Notes under the pieces: generated by a model
Databases searched by the model: none
The model's input: only the letters and a program-made list of their open reading frames with translations
Told to the model about the DNA's origin: nothing
Shown here: piece after piece, positions 12,208 through 24,480 of the stretch
How positions within the stretch are numbered: the stretch's first letter is position 1
How the letters are laid out: each line of letters starts with the position of its first letter
Made by a program: the position numbers and the translations under genes
Assembly: GCF_001194135.2 (NCBI RefSeq)
Contig: NC_068987.1
Span: forward strand, 40,778,178-40,823,153
Length of the DNA: 44,976 nt
Reading direction: 5' to 3'
Origin: Octopus bimaculoides
Lineage: Eukaryota

Positions 12208-12794
12208 CTGAAAATAAATGAATAAAGAAATATATAATTTTATCTATATGAGTGTGTGAATACATGAGACAAAGAATAAAATAGACCAGATATCCAAATA
12301 TGACATTAAACTCCTTACCTATAGATCATGAATTCAAATCTATTGCAAGTATTTCATTGTTTCTGGACAGAACAGTTTATTCTGCAGTGTTCTAGTTCAT
12401 CTGTGAACAGGTAACAGATCATCTGGAAATGTTACCTGTAAAGACTACCCTCCACAACTGATTATCTGGAAATGTTACCTATGATAGATTAGTGATCTGC
12501 CCTTCTTTGTACCGGAGGTAAACCCATTAACCCTCAGTTAACTTCTGATGGTGCGAGAGGGTAGTATTTGAACCCAGAAATTAAAGGGCTGTTAAAAATG
12601 GCAAGACATATTGTCTGATGCTCTACTGATTCTTCCAACCTCTACTGGTAGCTTGACCTGCTAGAAATGGTATCATTTGTGCAGCAAGACTAAATATATT
12701 TTTCATGATAGAATCATTGTACTCATCAAAAACACAGTACGGTCATTAAGAATATGCAGTTGCATTCAACTTATTTCTTTACCATTTTTCTTCG

Positions 12795-12828
<34 letters not shown>

Positions 12829-13325
12829 NNNNNNNNNNNNNNNNNNNNNNNNNNNNNNNNNNNNNNNNNNNNNNNNNNNNNNNNNNNNNNNNNNNNNNNN
12901 NNNNNNNNNNNNNNNNNNNNNNNNNNNNNNNNNNNNNNNNNNNNNNNNNNNNNNNNNNNNNNNNNNNNNNNNNNNNNNNNNNNNNNNNNNNNNNNNNNNN
13001 NNNNNNNNNNNNNNNNNNNNNNNNNNNNNNNNNNNNNNNNNNNNNNNNNNNNNNNNNNNNNNNNNNNNNNNNNNNNNNNNNNNNNNNNNNNNNNNNNNNN
13101 NNNNNNNNNNNNNNNNNNNNNNNNNNNNNNNNNNNNNNNNNNNNNNNNNNNNNNNNNNNNNNNNNNNNNNNNNNNNNNNNNNNNNNNNNNNNNNNNNNNN
13201 NNNNNNNNNNNNNNNNNNNNNNNNNNNNNNNNNNNNNNNNNNNNNNNNNNNNNNNNNNNNNNNNNNNNNNNNNNNNNNNNNNNNNNNNNNNNNNNNNNNN
13301 NNNNNNNNNNNNNNNNNNNNNNNNN
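12829..13325. other. Assembly gap containing the end of a FAR exon
   Basis: N run directly abuts FAR coding sequence and a poly-T tract. Confidence 0.95.
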
Positions 13326-13402
13326 ATAAACTGTTTGATACCCAAACAATAATTTTCTATGTATCGTGGCCAGTGTAAAGGTCGGGGATCCAAGTAGAAT
13401 AT
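13326..13402 (-). CDS. FAR1: FAR exon, partial (3' part hidden in N gap), IFYLDPRPLHWPRYIENYCLGIKQF
   Basis: ttttaaag acceptor, phase 0. LHW..YIENYCLG.K matches FAR. Runs into gap 12829-13325. Confidence 0.93.
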
Positions 13403-13679
13403 CTTTAAAAATTGAAAACATAAGAAAAAAAGGAAAAATTTGAGTAGCCAACTTAATAAACATTGAAAGTTGACCCAGATGAGAAATAGAAGAGAAATAT
13501 AGAAAAGGACATAAAATCAGAGCAAATTTAAACCAAAAAGTAGCACCAGAGGGGAAAATCAAGACTAACCTTAATAGTCTTGTCATTTTTTTTTTTCTTT
13601 TTCACAATTTCACATACATTTTCAATGAAAAACATTTTGGTACATTTATACATTAATGAACTATTATTTATTTATATTT

Positions 13680-14290
13680 GATTTATTATGATTCAGTATT
13701 TTTATGAAGAGCTTCCCCAAGATGGACAGGAGGGTGATGTCCCTGTGGTTGCTGTAAATGAGTTGGATGCCCTTTTGTTTCCAGAAAGGGAGGATGATGC
13801 CCTGGGTCTGATCATTTGGGAGCCACTCTAACATCCATACATGATTGATGATGCAAGCAAGCTGCTGGACCATGTTTTCACCACCCATTTCTACATTTCC
13901 ACAGTGATAGTGCAAATTCCAGAGCTTTGTGGTTGTCAAACTTTTTCAGGGCAGCACTGATTTCATCAGGAGTGACAGGATCAAGTCTGCAAGTGTCGTT
14001 GATTGCAGCTGTGTTTGCAGTGATGGTTAGACTGTGATTGATTGGGTCAGATGGCTGGACGTAATTGGAGAAGATCTCCAGAAGTTCGACACCACCTTGG
14101 AGGATGCAGAAGGGCTGGCATGAGACCGCCAGCAATGGATAGCACTGGTGGATATGATTGGCTCTATGCATGATGACACCTCTGAGACCACTAATTTAGA
14201 ATGACTAACCTTAATATCTTTGTGGTTTTCTTTTTGTGACCCAATGGAATTGGAAAGACACATAAAACACTTCATCCACCACATGCAATT
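13680..14290 (-). mobile_element. RTE/CR1-type non-LTR RT fragment
   Basis: PVTPDEISAALKK..KA; GIILPFWKQKG...NHRDITLLSILGKLF (RT domain 0/1). Confidence 0.75.
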
Positions 14291-14294
14291 ATCT

Positions 14295-14965
14295 GGCTAC
14301 AACCAAAAGAACAGAATTAGAGTGTACAAAGAAGCCAGGGATAAGTACAAGGCCATCAAAGAGAGTGATGCAAATTGGATCTGTTTGCTACATGAGTAAA
14401 TCCTGGAACAGTACAGAAAGGGCCAGAAAAAAATATATAAGGCCAACTCATGGTATGACAACAAAAAATACCAGAGTGTCATGTTCATCGATGCTACCCC
14501 TGGTGGCGAAATGGCATACTTTTTTTAGAAAAGCATTAGATGAGGTAAATCTATGGATTAAAGTAGTAGAAAGGCCAGGAACCCCCATAAAATCCCTGAC
14601 CTGTAGAATTTATTCTTTCGATAGGTCCCCATGTATGGAGAACAATTGTATACTATGTAGGATGAACTCACAGGTTAACTGTAAGATTAGAAATGTAGCT
14701 TTCAGCTCACAGTGTACTTTAGTACAGTGCAGAAACAAGACAACACTCCACACATTGGGGAGATGGTATGCAGCATAGAGGAGCACAAAGAGGAGAAAAG
14801 CTCGTCAGTGCTCTACCAACATGCTCAAGTAGAATATAGAAGCTCAGTTAATAACAGAGGTTAAGGTATAATCAATTCATAGAGCAAACATGACTTTTAG
14901 ACAGATTACGGAGGGAACACACATAGTAATAGACAGATGAAGTCTCAACAAAAAACATGAATGGA
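14295..14965 (+). mobile_element. Decayed PLE C-terminus with GIY-YIG remnant
   Basis: SGYNQKNRIRVYKEA; SVMFIDATPGGE; IKVVERPGTPIK; CMENNCILC; NCKIRNVAF..QC. Confidence 0.75.
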
Positions 14966-15772
14966 ACAAGAACACCCACCACCACCACACAACATGACAA
15001 CTAAAGACAGAAGCGAGGAAAAAACACAGAGATACAAACAGTGTAATACATACAAAAGACAAACATGCACAAACTTATGATGAAATAGAGATAAATAAGT
15101 AAATAAAAAAGAAAAAATAAAGGACATGGATGTAAACAATAGAGTAAGCAAACCCATATATATACACACAAACACACTTACAGTAACTTCACAAATGGCT
15201 GCAACAACAACATGAGCAACAACAAAAACTATGATGGCATAACATAAACAGACGCACAAACACAGAAAGATACAAGAACAATAACAAAATAAGGGTCAAA
15301 AGCAGCAGCAACAGCCACAGAAGAGAAAATGTGAGGGGAGGGTCGACATACCGAATATTGGTACCACTAGGAACAATGACAATAACAGTAACAACCATAT
15401 AAAAAGCATGGATACAAATAGTGTACTGAGCAAGCCCATATACACACATAAGCACACATGCAAAACAGGACATGTATACACACATATATGTGTGTGTGTG
15501 CATGTGCACATACACACACACACACTGACAGAGACACAAATGCATGCATAGAAGGACAGAATGGACTTAGCGGACCAAGAGTATATAAAAGGATGAAGGG
15601 GTCGCTGAAGAAGTCACAGATATGGGATGAAAGAGTTGCAGGCAACGGACATAAGTGAAACAATAACAATAAAAAATGAGTGAAGAACGAATATGTAGTG
15701 TGTGTGTTTATTTGCCCCAATGACAATCTTGAAATATAATAATATATACATATATGTAAATATATATATACA

Positions 15773-16062
15773 GGCAAAGGCATGGCTGTGTGGTAAGAAG
15801 CTTGTTTTTTAACCACAGGGTTTTGGGTTCAGTCCCGCTGCATGACACCTTGGGAGTGGATTTGAGAGACAAAAATTGAAAGAAGCTTGTTGTATGTATG
15901 TATGTGTGTGTGTGTGTGTGTGTGTCTTTGTGTCTATGTTTTGTCCCCCTACCAATGTTGGTGTGTTGACATCCCCAGAATTTAGCAGTTCAGCAAAAGA
16001 AGCCTATAGAATAAGTACGAAGGTTAAAACAATAAGTCCTGGAGTTAATTTCTTTGACTAAG
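15773..16062 (+). repeat. tRNA-derived SINE-like repeat
   Basis: tggctgtgtggtaag (A box) and gggttcagtccc (B box-like) head. Similar bodies recur at 22320, 33240 and 40125. Confidence 0.6.
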
Positions 16063-16204
16063 AAACCCTCATATGACTGAAACAAATAAAAGAATAAAAC
16101 AAAAAATATATATATACATATATACATGCATACACATATATATATTTACATATATGTATAAATTGTTATACATCAAAATCAAATCAAATCACATTCAAAT
16201 AGAA

Positions 16205-16535
16205 ATTGTAGTTGTGATCCCTGTGCCGGTGGTACATAAAAAGCACCACCCAAACATAGCTGATGCCAGCGCCACCTTGACTGACTTCTGCGCTGGTGGC
16301 ACGTAAAAAGCACCGTTCGATCGTGGTCAATGCCAGTCCCCTCTGGCCCCTGTGCCCAGTGACACATAAAAAAGCACCCACTACACTCTCAGAGTAATTG
16401 GCATTAGGAAGAATATCTAGCTGTAGAAACACTGCCAGACCAGACTGGAGCCTGGTGCAGCCTCCTGGCTTCCCAGACCCCAGTTAAACTGTTCAACCCA
16501 TGCCAGCAAGGAAAACGGACATTAAACAATGATGA
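16205..16535 (+). repeat. RTE 3' UTR/tail-derived repeat
   Basis: gtgccggtggcacgtaaaaagcacc internal repeats plus cccatgccagca...gatgatgat tail, as at 31800-32200. Confidence 0.7.
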
Positions 16536-16617
16536 TGATACATATAAATACACACATATATACATGCATATACATACATATATATACACACACATATATA
16601 TATATATCTATATATAT

Positions 16618-16680
<63 letters not shown>

Positions 16681-17598
16681 NNNNNNNNNNNNNNNNNNNN
16701 NNNNNNNNNNNNNNNNNNNNNNNNNNNNNNNNNNNNNNNNNNNNNNNNNNNNNNNNNNNNNNNNNNNNNNNNNNNNNNNNNNNNNNNNNNNNNNNNNNNN
16801 NNNNNNNNNNNNNNNNNNNNNNNNNNNNNNNNNNNNNNNNNNNNNNNNNNNNNNNNNNNNNNNNNNNNNNNNNNNNNNNNNNNNNNNNNNNNNNNNNNNN
16901 NNNNNNNNNNNNNNNNNNNNNNNNNNNNNNNNNNNNNNNNNNNNNNNNNNNNNNNNNNNNNNNNNNNNNNNNNNNNNNNNNNNNNNNNNNNNNNNNNNNN
17001 NNNNNNNNNNNNNNNNNNNNNNNNNNNNNNNNNNNNNNNNNNNNNNNNNNNNNNNNNNNNNNNNNNNNNNNNNNNNNNNNNNNNNNNNNNNNNNNNNNNN
17101 NNNNNNNNNNNNNNNNNNNNNNNNNNNNNNNNNNNNNNNNNNNNNNNNNNNNNNNNNNNNNNNNNNNNNNNNNNNNNNNNNNNNNNNNNNNNNNNNNNNN
17201 NNNNNNNNNNNNNNNNNNNNNNNNNNNNNNNNNNNNNNNNNNNNNNNNNNNNNNNNNNNNNNNNNNNNNNNNNNNNNNNNNNNNNNNNNNNNNNNNNNNN
17301 NNNNNNNNNNNNNNNNNNNNNNNNNNNNNNNNNNNNNNNNNNNNNNNNNNNNNNNNNNNNNNNNNNNNNNNNNNNNNNNNNNNNNNNNNNNNNNNNNNNN
17401 NNNNNNNNNNNNNNNNNNNNNNNNNNNNNNNNNNNNNNNNNNNNNNNNNNNNNNNNNNNNNNNNNNNNNNNNNNNNNNNNNNNNNNNNNNNNNNNNNNNN
17501 NNNNNNNNNNNNNNNNNNNNNNNNNNNNNNNNNNNNNNNNNNNNNNNNNNNNNNNNNNNNNNNNNNNNNNNNNNNNNNNNNNNNNNNNNNNNNNNNNN

Positions 17599-18424
17599 TC
17601 ACAGGAAGTTTCTTGTTCTTTTTCTTGAAACGGATCCGCTGACCTGAGCACATGAAGGTAATAAAATCTTTAGATGGTTCTTTCAACGGTTTTTTCTCAG
17701 TGTTGTTGAGATGAATTTGGTTCTTCATAGCTATTGAAGATAACCTTCAGGACCAGGTTGTGTCTCCATGTATATCTATTCAATGCTAAGGAACAGTTGG
17801 AAAGAATATGTTTCAGTGTTCCGACCTTTCCGCATTCGCATATATCATTCTCTGAGACGTTCCATCTTACGAGATTCCTAGGTGATGGCAAAACATCATA
17901 GGATGAACGAATCAGAAAACTTAGCTGAGATGCCTGTCCATATACATACATTCTGTATATATACAACGTATTTTCCTCTCAACAACATGTTCTTCCCATC
18001 TCTTCATCTGGCCTTGTTGACTACATCGGATCAAATGAAGCTCTCTTCTCTTTGCTTCTCTTGTTTTCATGCTGTTGCTAACAACAGATCTACATTCGCT
18101 CCGCATCATATCTGCAAACGGTCTGAACTGATTTGCGCCAAAACCAAGTCCTCTCCGATGGTTCTGTGTTGCACCCGCCATATCTCTGTGTATAAGAGAA
18201 GACAAGATGTCATCAGTCTCTGCTTCTGCTTTCCACTTCCTGGCTGTTTTCACCTCTGGTGGGTTCTGCCTGATTTCCGTATCCTTCGATTCTCTCAGCA
18301 TCATCACCGTCCGTATCTTCCCTAGTTTGTATATTTTGACTATTGATGCTAGTGGTAACTGCAACGAACCTCTTTTACGATAAAGAGCTGAACTGTTCAA
18401 CATTCGAGGTAGGCCTAGCCACTT
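17599..18424 (-). mobile_element. HERO/R2-superfamily non-LTR retrotransposon fragment (post-RT linker and CCHC)
   Basis: KWLGLPRMLNSSALY..LQLPL; SYDVLPSPRNL..CECGKVGTLKHILSNC..RYTWRHNLVLK. Confidence 0.85.
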
Positions 18425-18911
18425 NNNNNNNNNNNNNNNNNNNNNNNNNNNNNNNNNNNNNNNNNNNNNNNNNNNNNNNNNNNNNNNNNNNNNNNNNNNN
18501 NNNNNNNNNNNNNNNNNNNNNNNNNNNNNNNNNNNNNNNNNNNNNNNNNNNNNNNNNNNNNNNNNNNNNNNNNNNNNNNNNNNNNNNNNNNNNNNNNNNN
18601 NNNNNNNNNNNNNNNNNNNNNNNNNNNNNNNNNNNNNNNNNNNNNNNNNNNNNNNNNNNNNNNNNNNNNNNNNNNNNNNNNNNNNNNNNNNNNNNNNNNN
18701 NNNNNNNNNNNNNNNNNNNNNNNNNNNNNNNNNNNNNNNNNNNNNNNNNNNNNNNNNNNNNNNNNNNNNNNNNNNNNNNNNNNNNNNNNNNNNNNNNNNN
18801 NNNNNNNNNNNNNNNNNNNNNNNNNNNNNNNNNNNNNNNNNNNNNNNNNNNNNNNNNNNNNNNNNNNNNNNNNNNNNNNNNNNNNNNNNNNNNNNNNNNN
18901 NNNNNNNNNNC

Positions 18912-18946
<35 letters not shown>

Positions 18947-18971
18947 TACATACACACATATACATACACAC

Positions 18972-19018
<47 letters not shown>

Positions 19019-19063
19019 TATATACATATATACATATATGTATATATATACACACACACATAT

Positions 19064-19106
<43 letters not shown>

Positions 19107-19629
19107 TAGTCTCATAAATTATAAAGTTAATAAAAGAAAATGGAGAAGAAAAAATATAATAGATGCTTGGTTCATTTTATTTGTATCACAATGGAAAAGT
19201 AATGCAAAGTGAAAGAGATACATATAAGAATAAGTGTAGAAGGAACTGGATCAACAAAACAACCAAAAATATTTTTTAAATCCTACACATGTTTCAATCC
19301 AACAGTATGTTTGAATCATCAATATTTTAACTGTTATAGATGTAATAAACCACATATTGCCAGGTGCCTTCACGATCAGAGGGTACAAAGAAGCCAAAGA
19401 TAAGTACAAGACCATCATAGAGAGTGATGCAAATGGGATCTGCCTGCTATACAGGAGTAAATCCTGGAACAGTACAGAAAGGGCCAGATAAAAGATAGAT
19501 AAGGCCAACTCATGGCATGACATATATATATATATATATACACATTCTCATATATATATATATATACATATATATAGATAGATAGATAATAACAACAAAT
19601 GGAGCAAAACGCATGTCGATGAAAGTTCC

Positions 19630-19727
19630 TTTAATTCCTACATATATGTTTCGAAGCAAGAGAGGACCATTTCACAAAAAAAGGAAAGGGTTGCTGGTAT
19701 CATCACTTGTTTCTCATCGGGGAGAAC
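19630..19727 (-). ncRNA. Type I hammerhead candidate in left palindrome arm
   Basis: CCGAUGA; stem II GAAACAAG/CUUGCUUC; GAAA; ACAUAUAUGU stem III; GUA site; stem I ucc/gga. Confidence 0.6.
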
Positions 19728-19835
19728 ATAATAAAACATTTAGTAGCAAGACAAAAACGAAATGATGGGGTAACTTACGAGCTGAGTTGTTACATGGTCA
19801 TTTCGTTTTTGTCGTGCTACTAAATGTTTTATAAT

Positions 19836-19933
19836 GTTCTCCTCGATGAGAAACAAGTGATGATACCAGCAACCCTTTCCTTTTTTTGTGAAATGGCCCT
19901 CACTTGCTCCGAAACATATATGTAGGAATTAAC
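19836..19933 (+). ncRNA. Type I hammerhead candidate in right palindrome arm (C3U, weaker stem II)
   Basis: Mirror copy of 19630-19727, with UCGAUGA core. Confidence 0.45.
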
Positions 19934-20355
19934 GGAACTTTCATCGACATGCGTTTTGCTCCATTTGTTGTTATTATCCATATNNNNNNNNNNNNNNNNN
20001 NNNNNNNNNNNNNNNNNNNNNNNNNNNNNNNNNNNNNNNNNNNNNNNNNNNNNNNNNNNNNNNNNNNNNNNNNNNNNNNNNNNATATAAAGGATCAAATA
20101 TATAAATATAAATATATAAGGGCGACTCGAGTTATAGATATATATATCTATCTACAGATATATATCTATCATATATATCTATCTATATATATATAAATAT
20201 ATATATACATATACTTGGAGAATGGAGCAACAAATACAAGAAAAAGCATTTTCGTTGGACTAGATAGCCGTTGTTTTATTATGTGGAGCTTGTGAAATGA
20301 GTCAGTGTGGAGGTTTAGGTTATGTAATGAGTCATTTTGTATATTATGTCTTAGT

Positions 20356-20407
20356 CACTTACGTACGTTTCGATGCAGCCAGTAGTTTGGCCGATCTCTT
20401 CAGAGTG
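20356..20407 (-). ncRNA. Minimal type I hammerhead ribozyme
   Basis: CACU-CUGAAGA-GAUCGGCCA/UGGCUGCAUC-GAAA-CGUACG-UA-AGUG. All core nucleotides present, palindromic stem III. Confidence 0.82.
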
Positions 20408-20621
20408 TTGAAGGGTGTATTCAAAGTTTGTGGTGTGCGAAATGTAGGAGAAGTAATTATTGGGTGTAATATATGTGGTGGTGTGATAGTGGTGATAGGT
20501 AAATAGAGCCTTACGTTTTAGTTGTTGCGTTGGTCTTCTTGTAAGGGGATATAGGGTGGGTGCTATTTAAGAACATATATATGTATATATCATCTCATAT
20601 ATATATGAATACATATATATA

Positions 20622-21840
20622 TATTATCTCATAAATAATATTTTTCAATTGCATGAACTAAAAGAGGGTGATGGGATAAACTACCTGCATCAACTTGCTA
20701 TAAAAGGAGGTAGTAATTTTACCTTGTGCAGTTCGACATTAACAGTTATTTTTTCAAAGCTATTGTAGAATTAACAAAGGAGCATATTCAGCATATTTTG
20801 CCTTATGAGTTCAAGAAAGGCAACAACACAACAGAAAGTGTGAGGAATATTACTGCAGTATATGGGGATTAGGCAATAAGCATAAGCCAGTGTCATCGGT
20901 GGTTCCAGAAATTCTAAGCCAGAGACTACAGCCTAGAAGATGAGCCTCATCCTGGAAGATCTGCAGAGCTCAACAAGGATGTCCTGCAAACCCTGGTGGA
21001 ACAAAATCCCATTGTAGTTGTTGAGGAACTAGCAGAGAAGTTTGTATTTGGTCATTCAACCATTCATTGATACATGTGTGCCATTGGAAAAGTCAGCAAA
21101 TTGCGTGAATGGGTTCCTCACAAATTTTCTGAGTCTAATAGCTTCTTTTCTGTCACATCTTGCGAATGAACCTTTTTTGGACTGAATAGTGACTGGTGAT
21201 GAGAAATGGGTTCTCTGTAAAAATGTCAAGTACCAAAGACAGTGGGTAGGAAAAGAAGAAACATCAGCACTCCAGGCTAAAGAAGGTCTTCACCCATGTA
21301 GGGTGTTGTTATCGGTTTGGTGGGATATGAAAGGTTTAGTCCACTTTGAACTTTTAAACCCAAACCAAGCGATAACAAAGGAGATCTACTGTGAGCAGCT
21401 TAAGTCAACGTTAGAAGAAAAACAACCATCTTTGGTTTCAAGATGAAAGGTGTTCTTTCATCAGGATAATGCTCGGCCACATACAACGAGGATAACATTC
21501 CAAAGGCTGAAGCAGTTTGAATGATAAACAATGCTTCACCCACAATATTCACCGGACATTGCCCCATCTAATTATCATCTGATTCTGCAGTCTTCAAAAT
21601 CATTTGGACAGAAAAAATATAAGTTCTGCAGACGAGGTCAGAACAGTACTTGAAGAGTATTTTTTATCACAGACAAGTGAATTTTGGAAGAGGGGCCTTA
21701 CAAGTCTACCAGATAGATGGAAAAGCATTGTAGAAAATGAAAGAGTATATATTTTAGATTAAAGAAGAACTTTGTTTATCTTAATTTTGAAAAATAAAAG
21801 AAGTATAAAAACACCGTATTATTTATGGGATGAACTAATA
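20622..21840 (+). mobile_element. Decayed mariner transposon
   Basis: EFKKGN..WFQKF, WVPH, TGDEKW, LSVWWD, HQDNARPH and YSPDIAPSN motifs. 3' TIR atttatgggatgaactaata plus TA; degenerate 5' TIR. Several stops. Confidence 0.92.
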
Positions 21841-22609
21841 TATATAATATATAAATGTAACCACATGTGAATCGTTGGCGATTTTCTTCCTCTGTCTTCC
21901 TTTCTATTGTTTCCAAAGAAGAGTGTTTGCTTGAAACGTTAAACCATCTTTCTTTCCTTCCTTGAACGTCTGCTAATAATTTACATGTACCACGTCTTTG
22001 CGTTGTTGTTGTTTTTTTGTGTTTGTCTTTTGAATTTACTTCTTTTGGGATTTACTATATATATATATATATATATATACATATATATACATGTGTATGT
22101 GTGTTCATTTACTTTTCAGTCATTTGACTACGGCCCTTATTATATGATGGGCTTCTTTTAGTTACTGTCTACCAAATCCACTTGCTAGACTTTGATCAGC
22201 TCAGGGTTATAACAGAAGACACTTTCCCTAGATGCCACACCTGGAACCATGTAGTTGAGAAGCAAACTTCTTACCACAGAGCTATGCCTGTATATATTAT
22301 ATATAGGTGCAAGTATGAGTTTATGATTAAAAAGTCTGCTATGCAATTACATGGTTTCAAGTTCAGTCCAGTGCACAGTAGCAAGTAGCTTCTTTAGTTT
22401 TGGGTTGACTAATGCCCTGTGAATAGATTTGGTAAACAGAAACTGTGTGGAAGCCTATCATGTATATGTATGCAAGTGTTTGCATTTGTCCTCCCTTTCA
22501 CCACCTGACAGAGTTTGTTTATATCCCTGTAACTTAACAGTTTGGCAAAAAAAAAAAACAGATAGAATAAGTATCAGACTTAAAATATATACTAGTGTCN
22601 NNNNNNNNN

Positions 22610-22752
22610 CAAATTCTGCTGGGGTCAACTTTGCCTTTCATCCTTTTGGGGTCGATAAATTAAGTACCAGTGAAACACTGGGGTCAATGTTATTGACTAG
22701 TTCCCTCCCCTAAAATTTCAGGTCTTGTGCCTATAGTAGAAAGGATTATTAT
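22610..22752 (+). repeat. SINE-like repeat, same family as 3281-3428
   Basis: caaattctgc..ggtcaactttgcctttcatcc...gtgcctatagtagaaa..attattatt is shared. Confidence 0.7.
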
Positions 22753-23929
22753 TATTTTTTTTTTTTTATTTAATCCAAGGAATAGGGTCATTAGCAAAAT
22801 GCCTGTGACTTTGACTTGCTTTCCAAAACTGTTGCAGTCAATGCTCAACTTCAGCTTTGTGGGCTGATGCATGTAAGGAAAGCATCAGCAGTGTTTTACC
22901 AAGGATTAGCAGTTTTGAGAAGGAAAGATTATCTTTAGTAGAGGTAAGGGGAATGATGAGAAAAGGAGAAGTTGCATCAGATGATACAGAGCTTGTTAGT
23001 TAAGTGGAGTAAGAAATATAGTAGTGATTGTGCCTAACTGCAGACACGGTTGTGTACTGGTGACAAGTTAAAAATTTCCCTTCTCTGCATTTCTTGCGTN
23101 NNNNNNNNNNNNNNNNNNNNNNNNNNNNNNNNNNNNNNNNNNNNNNNNNNNNNNNNNNNNNNNNNNNNNNNNNNNNNNNNNNNNNNNNNNNNNNNNNNNN
23201 NNNNNNNNNNNNNNNNNNNNNNNNNNNNNNNNNNNNNNNNNNNNNNNNNNNNNNNNNNNNNNNNNNNNNNNNNNNNNNNNNNNNNNNNNNNNNNNNNNNN
23301 NNNNNNNNNNNNNNNNNNNNNNNNNNNNNNNNNNNNNNNNNNNNNNNNNNNNNNNNNNNNNNNNNNNNNNNNNNNNNNNNNNNNNNNNNNNNNNNNNNNN
23401 NNNNNNNNNNNNNNNNNNNNNNNNNNNNNNNNNNNNNNNNNNNNNNNNNNNNNNNNNNNNNNNNNNNNNNNNNNNNNNNNNNNNNNNNNNNNNNNNNNNN
23501 NNNNNNNNNNNNNNNNNNNNNNNNNNNNNNNNNNNNNNNNNNNNNNNNNNNNNNNNNNNNNNNNNNNNNNNNNNNNNNNNNNNNNNNNNNNNNNNNNNNN
23601 NNNNNNNNNNNNNNNNNNNNNNNNNNNNNNNNNNNNNNNNNNNNNNNNNNNNNNNNNNNNNNNNNNNNNNNNNNNNNNNNNNNNNNNNNNNNNNNNNNNN
23701 NNNNNNNNNNNNNNNNNNNNNNNNNNNNNNNNNNNNNNNNNNNNNNNNNNNNNNNNNNNNNNNNNNNNNNNNNNNNNNNNNNNNNNNNNNNNNNNNNNNN
23801 NNNNNNNNNNNNNNNNNNNNNNNNNNNNNNNNNNNNNNNNNNNNNNNNNNNNNNNNNNNNNNNNNNNNNNNNNNNNNNNNNNNNNNNNNNNNNNNNNNNN
23901 NNNNNNNNNNNNNNNNNNNNNNNNNNNNN

Positions 23930-24070
23930 TTTACAGAGCTTAGAGAAACTGAAGGACTGCTGCAATAACTGTGTGAATCTAAAAGGGGAACATGTTGGAT
24001 AAAATCATAATTAAATGATCCTCCTATATTTTATTTTACCCAAGTGGGGAACTTTTCAGCATCCCCTCGT
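23930..24070 (+). mobile_element. Mariner 3' end with TIR
   Basis: Transposase C-terminus-like CNNCVNLKGEHVG*, then gaacttttcagcatcccctcgt, a TIR resembling 35721/36970. Confidence 0.65.
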
Positions 24071-24214
24071 GTGTGTGTGTGTGTGTATGTATGTATCAAT
24101 ATCTATAAAACACAAGATGTTTGTGTGTGTGTGTACGTGATGTGGGTTATGCACGTCCACAAATTAGCACGCATGTCGCTCCAATTTTAGGAGGACATTG
24201 TTCATGACCCTCAC

Positions 24215-24480
24215 AGCTGCATGCACATCTCTGATGTTTTTCTCAGTTTTGCTGATGTGGATTTCCTAGAACATTCATCAGTATCGACATTTTTTCAGCT
24301 ATCTTGGAAATGTTTGAACCACTCATACAGTTGTGTGCGGCTCATACACTCCTCTCCATACACTTTCTACAACTTTAAGTAAGCCTCTGAGCAGGTATCG
24401 CCATGACAACTTTCTCTGTCATGGTCAATGCGACGATCACATGCTACACACCTTCTTTCCAAGCACTGTTGTAAACAGCA
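24215..24480 (-). mobile_element. Mariner transposase N-terminal HTH remnant
   Basis: Frameshifted KVYGEECMSRTQLYEWFKHFQD-like segment. Confidence 0.6.

Larger units (their letters stand above)
19585..19978. repeat. 394-bp palindrome: 181-bp arms and 32-bp spacer
   Basis: Arms 19585-19765 and 19798-19978 differ at 7 positions by hand alignment. Confidence 0.95.

Noticed and set aside
12113-12210. Apparent hairpin/hammerhead-like sequence on the plus strand (cagaagacg...cgaatg...tcgcaatc)
   Set aside because: It is the antisense of the last FAR coding exon, and the core is not intact.
15773-15850. tRNA-like A/B boxes
   Set aside because: No cloverleaf. This is a SINE head, not a tRNA gene.
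21908-21945. gaagag-tgtttg-cttgaaacgtt motif in a (TA)n-flanked module
   Set aside because: Resembles an ultra-minimal hammerhead, but CUGANGA is absent.
331-24002. Long ORFs in the track made of X, or of YI/CV/HT repeats
   Set aside because: Artefacts of N gaps and (TA)n/(CA)n microsatellites.
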